Below, in pieces: positions 1 to 13,494 of a stretch of 64,000 nt of DNA. The position numbers were made by a program, and so were the translations under genes. Position 1 is the stretch's first letter. Each line of letters begins with the position of its first letter. The notes below the pieces were generated by a model, which had not been told where the DNA came from, did no database searches, and saw only the letters and a program-made list of their open reading frames with translations. Source of the stretch: Octopus sinensis (taxonomy: Eukaryota); the NCBI RefSeq assembly GCF_006345805.1, contig NC_043008.1:26908001-26972000 (forward strand). The letters are read 5' to 3'.

Positions 1-392
1 TATAATAAAAAAAAAGAGGTTTGGTAATTACATGTCTAAGTTATGGAATACAGTTATTATATGTTAGAATTATTAAAAGAGTAATTTTTGAATTCTAGAA
101 TATAAACTACTTCCTTTTTTTTTTTGCTATATTCTTTATCCTTTCGTCTATTTTGGCAATGTCTTCAAATAAGAATACTACATATGAGTGCAACATAATG
201 GTTATGGCAAGATTGGAACTTCTTTTCAATAACAGTAGATTATTGCCACTTTATTACTGTTTATTTCCTTTACTTAAAATATGTGGGGAAAATGCAAGAA
301 AACAAAAAAATAATAGAATAACATATTTACTCGCACACACATACATAATTGCATATCACTGTCATCATCATCATTGTTTACATCTATTTATC

Positions 393-396
<4 letters not shown>

Positions 397-437
<41 letters not shown>
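397..437. repeat. (TA)n microsatellite
   Basis: Direct TA repeat; explains the YI-repeat end of ORF 153..467. Confidence 0.95.
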
Positions 438-441
<4 letters not shown>

Positions 442-1232
442 CAACAATTGAGGAACGGCCTCAATAGGCCATTCGACCCACTAGAAAGAGCAGCCAGGAC
501 TCAAACCGCCAAATAGTAGTAATTCAGAAATTAAAGGAAAATTAAAAAACATTTACCCTATTCATCTTTAGACAATGCATTGTTTCAACGTTTTTAATGG
601 CAAACCAGCCTAATTAAATTAAATTAAACTTAATCAAGTCAATCTACCAAAGGCTACGTCTCATCGGTAAAGAAGCCAGGAGGGATAGATATACACAAGG
701 CGGCAGTATCTATGCCCCGGGAATATCTGCCCTAAAATTTTCAAACCCACCGTAATCGCGCCAAACTTATCAGCAGCAAATATTAACTGCTTATTCAATT
801 TCAGAATTAGTCAGAAAATCATCAATTAATCAATATAGGGTAGCAAAAAATCCAATAGAAATTTTTTTGCCACCAGTGGTCTAGTGAGAAAGAGAAAATA
901 GTCAGAGACTATATATATAAATTCAACAACAATTAAGGAATGACCTCAATAATTAGGCTGGTTTGCCATTAAAAACGTTGAAACAATGCATTGTCTAAAG
1001 ATGAATAGGGTAAATGTTTTTTAATTTTCCTTTAATTTCTAAATTACTACTATTTGGTGGTTTGAGTCCTGGCTGCTCTTTCTAGTGGGTCGAATGACCT
1101 ATTGAGGTCGTTCCTCAATTGTTGTTGAATTTATATATATAGTCTCTGACTATTTTCTCTTTCTCATTAGACCGCTGGTGGCGAAAAAATTTCTATTGAA
1201 TTTTTTGCTACCCTATATTGATTAATTGATGA
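431..1232. repeat. Nested inverted duplications (431-616 vs 950-1140; 819-950 vs 1101-1232)
   Basis: ATTCAACAACAATTGAGG...CAAACCAGCCTAATTA is reverse-complemented at 950-1140. TCATCAATTAATCAATATAGGGTAGC... is reverse-complemented at 1101-1232. Arms are high identity by eye. Confidence 0.92.
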
Positions 1233-1793
1233 ATACATATATATAAATTTAAATGCACATGTGTGTATCAATGTGTGTGTATTTGTGTGTGCATGTGCAT
1301 GCGCATACATGTGTACATTAATTTATTTATTACTGTTAGGTTTTTAAATTCCCAGCTTCTTGCTGACACAGGCCAAACTCAAGATAAATTGCTTTTGCCT
1401 TTAGAATCCTTAATGAATTTTACCACATTGTACATAATTGGTGTTTCTGTGTGTGGGCACAAAGTACTCTGCTAATTCTTCTTCATTCTGTGAAGGCTTA
1501 ACACTTAACTGGTCCCATTGAGTGATTTTGATTTTAGCAAGGTATGATGGCAAAAACAGTATACTGCTGAGCCTGGTTGTAAAGCCAAGCTCTTTAGATA
1601 ATATTTATCTCTATGTTTGCCTTTGGAAATGCTTTCTTTTCTTTTGCTGACGGTCATATAAGGATGTGCTAATATATGACAAATATTGCTAAGGTTAATT
1701 ATTGATAAACAACCATTCATTTCAAGAGCATAATGTAGTTGCATTTCTCAATCAGTAGATAAATTTCTTATACTTAAATTGCTTATTTTGCAG

Positions 1794-1911
1794 AAGCTGT
1801 TCCTCTGCTCAAGACACCAGTTGTGGAGGAAATTTTCAGCAATCCACTGTTGCTATTCTATTTAGTATTTTTGCAGTGACTTTGGTTCTGTATACAATAC
1901 CTTTCTGTTAG
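1794..1911 (+). CDS. Probable terminal coding exon with GPI-anchor-like C-terminal signal (SCSSAQDTSCGGNFQQSTVAILFSIFAVTLVLYTIPFC*)
   Basis: Strong acceptor TGCTTATTTTGCAG (AG 1792-1793); 38 open codons from 1795 to TAG 1909-1911; small-residue cluster (CGGN), polar spacer, then a hydrophobic tail. Confidence 0.5.
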
Positions 1912-2520
1912 CATTCCCCATTAAATCGATATTTGCTCAGGATGTTATAATTACAATTGTGATTGAGGTTTATATATTTCACACATTATGTAGTTGTATT
2001 TTGTATAATTATTCCCATGCTACTCATGCAATTATAGCAAACTTACCCATTATTCTTGCTAATTTCCCAACTGGGAAATGTTTTCTGATTAATAAGTGTC
2101 AATTTCCCCTGCACCACCAATATATATATACATTATATATACACCCACCAATCACCACTTTTCCGTGCCTTCTTGTCTTTGTGTTATTCCCCATCATTAA
2201 CAACTGCTATTACCCTCAATGCCATCACATATCTATTGCAGTCCACGACCCTATCCACTCTTATATTTCCTTCCCTCATTTACTACAGTCACCTCTATCA
2301 TACCCACTCATCCAGTCCAAACCTCACCTATTCTCACCACCCTCCAATGTCCTTTGAGGGCATGTTTTGACACATCTTTACCACCATCTCTTACTAGTGT
2401 TCTTTATCTGATTCTCTTTATCTTACTCCCTAACTTGCTTATCTTTCTTTTCCAACTGGGATATTCATGTATCTACAATAAGACACCTATATTTATCCAT
2501 CTATACCTTTAATCTCTCAA

Positions 2521-2823
2521 CTAGCACAAAGCCACTCCCCACTCAATATGACTTTCCCACTTTCTAGCCAAGGAATTATGTCTTACAATTTGCTTGGTAA
2601 TTTGCTGGTTCCACATAAAATACACTGGTGCCAGTGTCATGTGAAAGTACCCAATACACTCTGTAAAGTTGTTGACATTAAGAATGGCTGTCAGTTGAAA
2701 AAACCATGCCAAAACAGATCCTGGAACCAGGTGCAGTTGCAGGTTCCAGCCTTATCAACTCATGTCAAACAGTCCAGCCAATGCCAGCATGGAAAAGGGG
2801 CGTTAAATTATGATGATGATGAT
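2521..2823 (+). mobile_element. SINE / RTE 3'-tail repeat ending TTAAAT(GAT)n
   Basis: Shares AACCATGCCAAA...CAGCATGGAAA...GTTAAAT(GAT)n with copies at 7.0, 19.1, 22.3 and 42.1 kb. Confidence 0.75.
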
Positions 2824-3016
2824 GGGTGTGTGTGTGTGTGTGTGTTTTTTCATCATCTTTATCCTCATTAACATCCTCATTTTAATGTCTACTTTTGCAT
2901 GGTTGCATTGATCATACAGAATTCATTGAGGCAGATTACCTTGGCCAGATTTCCTTGCCCTTCTTATCACCAACACTCTATTTACAACTACCACACACAC
3001 ACACACACACACACAA

Positions 3017-3106
3017 CAGGCTTATAGTAAAAAGCCCTTGCTCAAATTGTTGTGCTGTGGAAATGAACCCAAAACCAACTTCTTAAACATACAGCCATGC
3101 CTGCAC
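3017..3106 (-). mobile_element. tRNA-headed SINE 5' fragment (GCAGGCATGGCTGT head family)
   Basis: Reverse strand GTGCAGGCATGGCTGTATG...GGTTCATTTCC; related heads at 7.7, 8.4 and 51.9 kb. Confidence 0.6.
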
Positions 3107-3116
3107 TATACACAGC

Positions 3117-3142
3117 TGTATATAAATATATATATATATTAT

Positions 3143-3231
<89 letters not shown>

Positions 3232-3551
3232 GTATATATATATGTATATATATGTATATATATACACATAAATATATATATATATATACATATACATACA
3301 TACACACACACACATATATGTAATGTATATATGTATGTATATGTATATATATGTATATATATGTATATATATACACATAAATATATATATATATATACAT
3401 ATACATACATACACACACACACATATATGTAATGTATATATGTATGTATATGTATATATATGTATATATACATATGTATATGTATATATACATTATGCAC
3501 ATATATATATGTGTGTGTATGCGTATATATATGTATATATATGTATGTGTT

Positions 3552-3598
<47 letters not shown>

Positions 3599-3610
3599 AT
3601 ATATATGTAC
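3117..3610. repeat. Compound (TA)n/(TATG)n/(CA)n microsatellite with an internal ~110-bp tandem duplication
   Basis: Direct inspection; the block TATACACATAAATATAT...TATATGTAATGTAT occurs twice (~3260 and ~3370). Confidence 0.9.
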
Positions 3611-4029
3611 ACATAAGGGTATTTATACAATGGAATTTGTGTAGGAACATTGTAATCAAGGCGGGTCTGCAAGGGCTGTGACTACCATTTATCTTTCTTA
3701 AACTTCATAATTTTATTAAAATCTTGCAACATTTTCATTTACTTTTTTATTTGTAGATTTTTAGAGACTATTGTGCAGATGAAGACACAGTTATTTTGTC
3801 ATCTATGCAAAAATTACAAGCATGCTAACACAAACCATGTAAGCTGTGTAAAGATTGAAAGATAAGATACTGGAATTTCCAACTTTCAGGCTGTTTCAAT
3901 CTCAATGGCAGCAGTATTTCTAATGCTGAGTGTGTATTTAATGTAAGACAGATATTCTTACAAGCTTCTAGACATTTACAAAATTTTGGAAGATGTGTAA
4001 AAGTTTAAAAAAGAAAAAAGTGAGCAACT

Positions 4030-4720
4030 GATACTTGTGATAACAGGAAAGTGTATGGTGATGGTGAAGCCGTGAGCAGTGACAGTGTTGAAGGTAGTTA
4101 TAGAAGCTGAGATAGAGATGGCAAAGATGAAGCTGAGAATTATGGAAGAGGAATAAAAGATGGTGGTGAGATGGTGATGATGGAACTGTGAATGAAGGTG
4201 ATGGATGTGGAACTGGTTGTGCTGGTGGTGATGTTGGTCAGTAAAATGATGCTGCTGGATGTTCTGGTAATGATGATGGTAGTATGGATGGATGTAAGTG
4301 AGACATGGGGAGAAGTCATAAGGTAAAAGTATTATTGTTATTGCTTGCAGCGGTGATGTTGGTGGTTCCAATAACGAAAAGGAGAAGGTGATCATTTTCG
4401 CAAAGTTAGTCTTGTTCATGACAGCAATAGCATTAAAGATGATGGTGGTGATGTTAGTGCAATGATGAGGGTGGACATTGCTTTATGATGGCAAGGTTTG
4501 GAGAATGCTGGTAATAATGGAGACAAGTGCAGGGTGAGATGAAGATTATTCTGGTGCAGCCGTTGATGACAGTGGTGGAGGTAATGAAGATAAATGGTTA
4601 AAACACAAATACCCTTACGGATGCTGATGATAATTGTAATGATAAAAGAAGTGATGACAATGCAGGTTGTGATGGAGCTGATGATAATGAGGATGATGAC
4701 TATGAAGGAGTCTCACTCCC
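4030..4720. repeat. Cryptic (GAT/GGT)n low-complexity tract
   Basis: Degenerate GATGGT/GATGAT periodicity; produces the poly-His ORFs on the minus strand. Confidence 0.75.
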
Positions 4721-6996
4721 AATAATTGGAAGGACAATGTTAGTTTTTCTTTTCCTTTTGTTTTTCCAAAACAGCATGGTGAGGTTAAGAGAAAAGCAGA
4801 AATATATAAATCATGGTTGAACAAAACAGGAAGAGACTTAACAATAACAAACACAAAATCAACTACATTGTTGATTAAAAGTCTATAAATTTATTCTGAA
4901 TATTTGAACTTCCACTCATTGTTTTTATTGTATTCATTTTCATTATATATTTAACTTTAAATATTCTTTGTTGTTTGTTTTTTACGTGTATTGTTACAAT
5001 ACATAATTTACATGATTTAATTAATACTAATTTAAATGTTGTCTCACACAGACAAAATAGTAATAAATCAATAGAGCAACTAAATCACAAACATACACAT
5101 ACATAGTTTCATCTTCTGAGTTCACCTTTTTGTACAGTGTATGTGTTATGTGGTATTTCAAATCTAGATATAAAGTTCAATATATCTCACCTCGTGTGAG
5201 GGGAGCAGGCTTTTTTTCTTAATTCAAAAAGAAGAAACAATACTCCTAACTTTTGCTAGCCCTCCTAACTTGGATGGTTGGTGTAATTAATATTCAGTTT
5301 GAACTTGAGTGATTCCACAAGCCAACAAAAGAGCTTCAGCAATGGATACTTGATTTACCTGTACTATCAGTCAAACCTTACTCACTTTAATATCACCAAA
5401 AATAGATGACATGTTGAATAATGTAGCTCAAGATATGCCATATCCTAAACAGGAAGATGGTCATGATTGGAATACTTTGAATCAGAGGTATTCATAAACA
5501 GAGATGATATAAAGTAAACGAGTTATAAAAATAAGAACAACATAGTGATAGCATACCTGCTGAGAAAATGTTTGGAAGAATGGTCAGGGTAAAACTGTTG
5601 AAAATGGTGATTTGCAGGGAAATATTGCTGGATAGATGTATTAAACGAACATCAAAGATAGTCATCCATATCTTGGTAGTTCAGGGATACAGTGTCTATT
5701 GTAGTGCAGATAATGAAAAGAACAAAGGAGTATAAAGCATAGACTAATGGTTGATGTGCATTTGTAACTCTAAAGATCTGTATATATTTTAGAAATAATA
5801 ATAGAAGGATGATATTTTTTCAGAGAAGCAATTCTCAGCACTATCTGGTGATATTCAAATACAATATAATAATTTTTAACATCATAAAATAAGCATCATA
5901 TCATAAAAAACTTATTTTTTGATTTCAAATATGGCAATAAAGACTAGAATCAAAAGGCCCAGAAAGAAATATCTGCTTTCTTGTATCTAAATGGTATATG
6001 ACTATCTCAACTTGTGAATGGTGTTTGAAAAAGTAGATTGCTCTAGTATTTTTGAGCATTTTATTTGTTTATTTGTCATGAAGTTAATTTTTCTTGCAGG
6101 TAGAACTGAACCTCATGCAGAAAACTCATGCACACAGAACTTCACACAGTAAAAGAATAACAAAGGTTGGTTTTATCACCATGGAAAACCAAATTGTTGC
6201 TGGTGAACTAAGCTGTTGAAAACTACATTTTCTATGGTAAAATTGTGATAGTGATGTCAGAATGTGAATAACCTCGGCACTGGTTTCCAAGACCCTATTG
6301 ATTCAACCATCACTTTCTCCTTTACTACATAATCACTTGGAATTATCTGTTGCTGACATTTGATGTTACTATATTGAAGATAGCCATTGGCTGCTGATAA
6401 GATCTCATGCCAACTTGTGATCTCAGAGTACACCAGATAAAAATATCAAAATATACGAATAATCTGAAATGTATTTTATGTATATATTACAACCAACCAT
6501 CCTAGCTCCTAAAAAGGAATGTCATTTAGAACACCACTCAGTTCATTTACCTGCCAATATTAATATATCACAATAAGTAAGTTAATGCAAGCTCTGTTTT
6601 AGATTTCCTAAAATACTTCACTAAAAATGTGCAGAAATATACACCTTCCCAAAAATATGTAAATGCTATTCTAGAGCAGCATTAAAATAGATCCTTCAAT
6701 AAACAGGGAATAAAGTGTCACCCCTTTTAAAAACATTGATATAAAGTCAGGCATGTATTAAAGAATCTTGCTGTACAGTCTGCTGAAATTACTTCATAGC
6801 AATGACATGCTACAAAGGATCATTTTGATCTGTGGTTCTTTTAAACAAGCATTTAAACAGCTACCCAATGTTTGAATTCCTCAACTATTTGTTTAAGAGA
6901 AAACTTGTTCATTGGAGATGAAACCGCAAAACAAATAATAAAAAAAGATCTTATTTACTGATGAATATCATGAAAATTTGCTGGAATGCTTGGATC

Positions 6997-7340
6997 ATCA
7001 TCATCATCATCATCATCATCGTTTAACGTCCGTTCTCCATGCTAGCATGAGTTGGACGGTTCGACCGGGGATCTGGGAAGCCAGAAGGCTGCACCAGGCT
7101 CCAGTCTTATCTGGCAATGTTTCTACAGCTGGATGCCCTTCCTAACGCCAACCACTCCGTGAGTGTAGTGGGTGCTTTTTACGTGCCACCTGCACAGGTG
7201 CCAGGCGAGGCTGGCAACGGCCACGGTCGGATTGGTGTATTTTATGTGCCACCAGCACGGAAGCCAGTTGAGGCGGCGCTGGCATCGGCCACGAGTTGGA
7301 TAGTGCTTTTTACGTACCACCAGACCAGGGATCCTGGCTG
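6997..7340 (-). mobile_element. RTE-tail SINE, relatively young copy with three internal ~65-bp repeats
   Basis: (CAT)n then CGTTTAACGTCCG...CCATGCTAGCATG; TTTTA(C/T)GT(G/A)CCACC at 7177, 7240 and 7308; CpGs retained. Confidence 0.8.
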
Positions 7341-7384
7341 GTTATGTCTATATTACATGGTTATCTTTTTTTTTAACTTTCACT

Positions 7385-7738
7385 TGTTGCAGTCATTGGA
7401 CTGCGTTCATGTTGTGGCACCACATTGAAGGGTTTCATATAGCAACTGGACATCAGTACTTAAGTCTGGTACTTATTCTATTACCTTCTTTTGACTAACT
7501 ACAAGATACAGAAGCTTAAAAAGAAACAACATCAGTTATCAAGTGGTAAGAAGGTGAACAAACACAAAGATATACACACGTGTACACACACGTGATAGAC
7601 TTTTACATAGTTTCCATCTCCAAAGTCACATGGTGTTGATCAATCTGGGACACATGAGTCCAAGTTACTGCGCAGTGGGACCAGACCCAAACCTATGCAG
7701 CAGCAAAATGAGCTTTTTTATCACACAGCTATGCCTGG
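7385..7738 (-). mobile_element. tRNA-headed SINE
   Basis: CAGTCATTGGACTG...GGTACTTATTCTAT...ACACAGCTATGCCTG; homologous to 40.1-40.4 and 51.4-52.0 kb. Confidence 0.65.
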
Positions 7739-8254
7739 ACCTGTAAGTGTGGCATTTGATATGGAGTTATAGAGAGTTTAACTTTAATGCATTGTTAGTA
7801 TTTGGTGATCCATCATCAGTAACAAATATGTCATCTATTGGTGAGGGAAAAGTTAAGTCTCTGTATGATCTTCCCTCCCCATAACACCTCCGTTCAATTG
7901 AAATTTTTAGAAGTTTATAGTTGGCTTTAAAAGAAAGGGAAAAGGCAATGCATATGCTATACATCCATCCTATACCTCCCATATATAAAATAAAACAGGA
8001 ATCTGGCCAATTTTTGTATTATTTATTCACCAATACACTTATTACATTTGCTTATTAATAGGAATTACAAAATCGTATATGTATAAGAAACATGTAAGAA
8101 GATTCCTGTTAGAAATTATTTAAACTGAGAATCATTTGATGCATGTGGAACCACTAAGTTATGAGGATGTAAACAAACTGACACAGGTTGTCAAGCACAA
8201 ACACATACTCATTCACACATATACACATATATACATTTGTACAGTCAACACATT

Positions 8255-8400
8255 TCTTTCAGTTTCTGTCTACCAGTCCAAATCACAATGCATTGCTTGG
8301 CCATGGGATATAGCGGAAGACAATTTCCTGAGATGTCCTGGAGTGAGACTGAACTCAGAGCTATGTGTTTAGGAAGCAAACTTCTTACCATACAGCCACA
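8255..8400 (-). mobile_element. tRNA-headed SINE 5' fragment
   Basis: CAGTTTCTGTCTACCAGTCCAAATCAC...GACTGAACTCAG...AAACTTCTTACCATACAGCCAC. Confidence 0.6.
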
Positions 8401-10299
8401 CCCACACCAGTGATATAGAAGTTATTGTACTAGTCCCTGCTTCTTGATAACTAATCTTTTAGGCAGGATCCTGGTGAAAACATTGATAATTCATGCATTC
8501 AAAATGTTTTAAGGAAGTGAGATCTTGAACCTTCTATCAATTAATGTGTTTTGTTATAAGCGAGAGGAAATAAGTTTCTCCTTTTTTATGTATAGAAGGA
8601 AAGAATGCTAGTAACATAACTGAAAGTTGGGGTTCATTAGGGTTGACAAAGTTAGGGCTGGACAGTACTATCACTGTATGCTGTGGTGATGAATTATGGT
8701 AGAAAGCTTGGAGACTGAAAGATGAGATACTCATGGAGCTTACAAGGAAGCATCTTAGGTGGTTGGTTCTCAGATTAGACTGATGGCTTTATAAATGCCA
8801 TGTATAACAGATTGCTTTTGCCAAAGTTATCATAGGTAAGAGTCCATTGATGAGTTTTTAATTGATATTGCTATTATGTTCCTGTAGGTGTTGTTATTGA
8901 ATTGGCATTGTTGCTGAAGTTCGATTTATTGCCATTTGCTCATTCTTCTCTAAATATAATAATTACTACAACTATTACACTGTGAAGTTTGTCCGATTGA
9001 AGGAATTCATATATTGTGAGAAGAATCTGATTGTTTGAAGCTCTCTTTGTGTGTGTGTGTGAGATTTCTTTCATCCCACAACAACCATACTCCATTTTTC
9101 TGTATGAGAGTTCACTAATGTAGTATAATATTATTTTTTTGTTTTCTGACACAGACTACTGCCAGTTTTTTGTACTGTTTTCTTCTTTTTACCACTGTTG
9201 TAAGCATACTGGATTAAATTTTCTGTAGCAGTGCCAAAAACAAATAACAATAGACAATACATTTTCCTCTAAATAAGGAAATATATAACAATTAAGTTCT
9301 CATCAACCTTCTTGCTACAATAACAATGTAACAAACAAAAACATATCTAATTTACATTAAAGAAAACAAGAAGCTGCTCTAAGACCTGTCTTTGTGCTGT
9401 AAATCCACAATAATAATTATTATAATCATGAAACAGGTATAATCGTCAGTTAAGTATGATGTATTATTCAACTTAAAACAAAACATTCAGTGTTCTAAAC
9501 CAAGAGAATGGAAAGTTATACGCTTTTCAATGGCAGCGAAAATTGCTTAGGTTTAGGTTCTGAAACAATAATAGCATAAAATTTCCTATAAAAATGTCCA
9601 CTTAGCCATTAATCTGTACATATGTGGAGGGAAAAGTTTTAATGAGCTGAGATATTGTTGTTATTCTTTCTTTCTCACCTTCATTTTACTTCCTCTTTCA
9701 AAACACTTGCTGCGTAAATGTAATTGAAGACTCATTTCTCATTATAGTTCTTTTATATATATTTTTGACGAATATCAGCCATTTCAGTGATCAAAACTTT
9801 TCTATTACTGAAAGATGATTATTTTCTTCAAGCACACTTCAAAAGACGAATTAGCGAACACATCACTAATATTGAATATTAAAAAGGGTGGGGGGGGGAA
9901 AGGACTGAGAGAGATAAGTATGACAACATTTTGACATAGAGAAACCATGGGGAAATGACAATTCAGATATCTAACTTCGATAAGCAGTTGAGGGAAAAAA
10001 GTTTACATGGAAATGAATTCTTATGGAATATAATTGACCTCAAAAGACACTGTATTTTTCGATACGAATGTTCAAGTAAGTAAATATAAATCATGTGTTG
10101 AGCTTATAATGATAGAAAATCGATATCTGTTTGACCTAATGCTGATACATTGGTGGCCTATTGTTACTAAGTGACCTTAAGCTGATATGTGACTCTTACT
10201 AGTTCCACCTTGATGTCTACAACCATGCCAGAGCACTTCCAATGAAATTGGTACAGTAATTAGCTTTTAGTGTGTGTGAGGAAATATGATGATGCTGTC

Positions 10300-10620
10300 T
10301 TCAGTTGCAATACTTGACATGATGTTGGTTCATCTGGAGCCTTGTATTATAGAGTATCCAAGCATTTCTTGAATACTTTTGCATTCACTCAATGTAGAAT
10401 TCTTGATTTCTGTGGCAAAATTTTGCAAAACCTTTTCAGTATGTTGTTTTAACTTTGGATGGAGAGAATGAGACTTTTAGGACTATGTTGTGGTGACTGG
10501 TTATGGGATTGTTATAGTTTTCTGTACCAAAGTTTGGCATTAGCCCTTTAAGGATATTCTGTGTATTAATCATTGCATATCATTTTCTTATCAACAATGA
10601 GTTGAGTCTTGACACTTTCA

Positions 10621-10697
<77 letters not shown>

Positions 10698-12080
10698 CTC
10701 ACTCTCTCTCTGTAGCTCAGCTGTTGCAGTGAGGTTATTGTGTTTGTGTTACTTTGTTGGATTGCTTCAAAATCTCTTCTTAGTCTATCACTCTTTGGTA
10801 ACCGTAGTTGTGAGCAGCAATCTAGACAGCTGAGTATGAGTTTTTCTTCACAAAAGCAACATTGTTTCCCAATCTTTTGTACTGAATGATCTCAAGATCC
10901 ATTTTGTCATCTTTTTACATATCACTGGTGTCTTGGTAATAATTACAGGAAAAGATATACCATTTCTCAGTAATGACTATTTCTGGAGTTGCAATCCCTC
11001 CACATCCTGTATATCTTAGTTCTGGTGTGTTTGTGAGCAGATTGCAAAGAGCTTGGAATTTCCTGGCCTTAAATTGAATGTTTTTTCTTCAGCCCATTTG
11101 GTCTTGTTGTAGGTGTGCAGCATAACCAGTATTCTTAATCACCTGTCATAATTTTGTATCATCAGCATAGCTTATAACAGTTACTGTTTGTATAAGTGAT
11201 GGTATGTTTAATAGCGCTTTTATAACAATGGCTCTAAAACTCCTCTGAACATTGGTGTCTCTTTCAGAGAGTACCTTTGTCTGACTTCTGCTTCTTAATA
11301 AGTAATTTGGTTACTCTCTTCATTTTAAAATATGCTGAGATAACATAATTTGGCTGTCAATAGACACATTCTGACACATTCTCTTATGGCCAATATCAAA
11401 CTGGAGGCCTTTGAAAAGTTGTAATATACAATATCCATGTTCACAGGGTAGAATATATGTCCCAGCACCCACTTGTAATGCTGTGTAAGTCAAATTCTTC
11501 CTAGGCAAAAATCCTGCTGAGTATTAGCAAGACATTGATTTCTGAAAACATGATCATTTTCCTGTCTCTTAATCCATTCTTCCAATATAACTTTTACTGA
11601 TTTATGAATTTAGAGAGACAGACCTGTAATTTTCATTATCTGTTCTGTCTTCTCTTGTATGTATAGGCCTTCTTTTAATTTTTAAATATTTTCTACAGGT
11701 GAAGAAGATTTGAAAAGGCATTTGGAATCTTTGGCTAAATCTAGTTTACAATCTTTTAGAAAGATTGCTGGAAATCCACTAGACTCTGTTCCTGAATTTA
11801 AGCTTATTCTATTGAGAGCCAATGTTATATATTTCTCTTGATGTTGACGTATTTGATGGTCGTCACTCCCTTATTAGGGCTATGATGTCAAAAACTCATC
11901 TGCCTTGTTTATTTGAATGTGTCCATGTGAGGAATTAAAAACGGTTTTGAACTGTTTATTCAGTATTTAAGTTAACCTTTTGAGGTATATTGTTAATGTG
12001 TTATCTCTTTGGAACGATGACTCTCTTTAGTAATGCACTGTGTTTGATTCTTTAGCATGTTTGCAAAAAGAATTTAGGGT
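10300..12080 (-). mobile_element. CR1/L2-group LINE ORF2 remnant (RT and C-terminus), highly decayed
   Basis: Reverse-strand translation gives NYRSVSL (11612-11631), VISYADDTKL (~11150-11180), KWILRSF and PDEP (10326-10337); many stops and frameshifts. Confidence 0.75.
10617..10710. repeat. (CT)n microsatellite inside the CR1 remnant
   Basis: Direct repeat. Confidence 0.95.
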
Positions 12081-13494
12081 TATACTCTTCCATTCTCTAC
12101 AGCTTTGCTATTTACTAGCCTATTGCTTTCTCAGTTCTGGTGTCTCAAAGCTGAAGGAAAGAGTTGATAGTGACAACTAAATTTACCATCAGATGTCTTT
12201 TTCTGTGTAAATGACACCCACCTTCTTCCCTGGAAAAATTTATGTGGCGCCAAAACTATTCTAAGTTACTTTTGAGAAATTTGGCAAAATCAATATTACA
12301 TTTGACATAATAGCAGCCATCAACAGAATATGGTACAAGAACCACATAAATGTTATCTGCTTCAGTGTAACATACATTTTTCATTTCTTAAATAGGAAAT
12401 TTCATGACAGACATTTTCTCAGTGTATGTAGATTGCGTGGTCTCTGAAACATTCTGCTATCTCAAATGTAACACAGAGCTCAGTTATGTCTTGCATATTC
12501 CTCCTCTCACTACTCACCTGCATTCAGTTATTCCTAATAACCAACACTTCTCTGCAAATGATATCTACACAGATATTCTAATCATTCACACGTATGTTTC
12601 ACACACTCACAATTTAAGTATCACATGTAAAACATATACTACTTCAGAAGTATAGGCTTCTATTGTGATCAGATAACATAATTAAAGCATCATCATCCAA
12701 TCAATGCAGGCTAATTCAACAGCATCAAAATCACTATCAGCATCATATTTACCAATGGCTCTACTAAATCCAATACAGGCTTCAAATTTCTCTCATGATC
12801 ATATTTGCTCTTCTTTCTCTGCATGACCAGAAACAGAAACAACTTCAGCACTGTACAGTTCCTGATTATCTGTATAACATATGCTACACTTCATCGAATG
12901 AAATACTTAGTGAGAGGTTTGTGGAATATGGCACAGTAGAAATGATGAATGAAAACAGGGTGTAACAGATGAGTAGAGATAATTGTACATCATTCATTAG
13001 GTTCATAAATTTGTAATATGGAAAAATCCCACAGTCAAAAAAACAACCACTCTGTTCATGTGTCAATGTCGATTTCTACTTCACTGATTCAGTGAATTAT
13101 GTATGACTGCAGTTCAAGTTTACTTGTTACACAACATTTATTCTCTTAACATTCCTATTAGCCTTATTCTTCAAAACTGCATGCTAAACATTTCATCGAA
13201 ATCCTCTAGATAAACCCTGCCTGGTTAGTCATCAGTCTACAAAATTTCAAAGTGAGTGTCAACTATATATAACTTGTGTTGCTAACTAGATAAATTAATT
13301 GTTAATGACACCCACCATAACCACTTTTTCAGATTCAAGATTTAACCCACAAATACCCTATTTCACTAGGAAGATCTACAAAGAATATAAATATTGATCG
13401 ATTGTATTGAAAGAAAAACTTGATTGAAAAGTATATTTGGTTAAAATTTGTGATCAGAATTATAAAGCGTGGACATAAGTATTTCACTAACATT

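Noticed and set aside
3042-3681. Overlapping ORFs rich in YI/YM/VC/HT (also 21.3-22.0, 30.8, 34.0-34.3, 42.2-42.9, 46.8-47.2, 51.1-52.3, 58.5-60.8 kb)
   Set aside because: Translations of microsatellites, which lack stop codons by composition.
3757-3838. AG/GT-bounded 82-bp segment with one open frame; similar 66-bp segment at 6101-6166
   Set aside because: No recognisable protein, and they lie downstream of the probable stop at 1911; such signals arise by chance in AT-rich DNA.
3976-4854. Poly-His ORFs on the minus strand
   Set aside because: Product of a decayed (GAT/GGT)n tract.
6820-6900. IILICGSFKQ...LPNV resembling a Helitron helicase motif
   Set aside because: One weak motif with no supporting neighbours.
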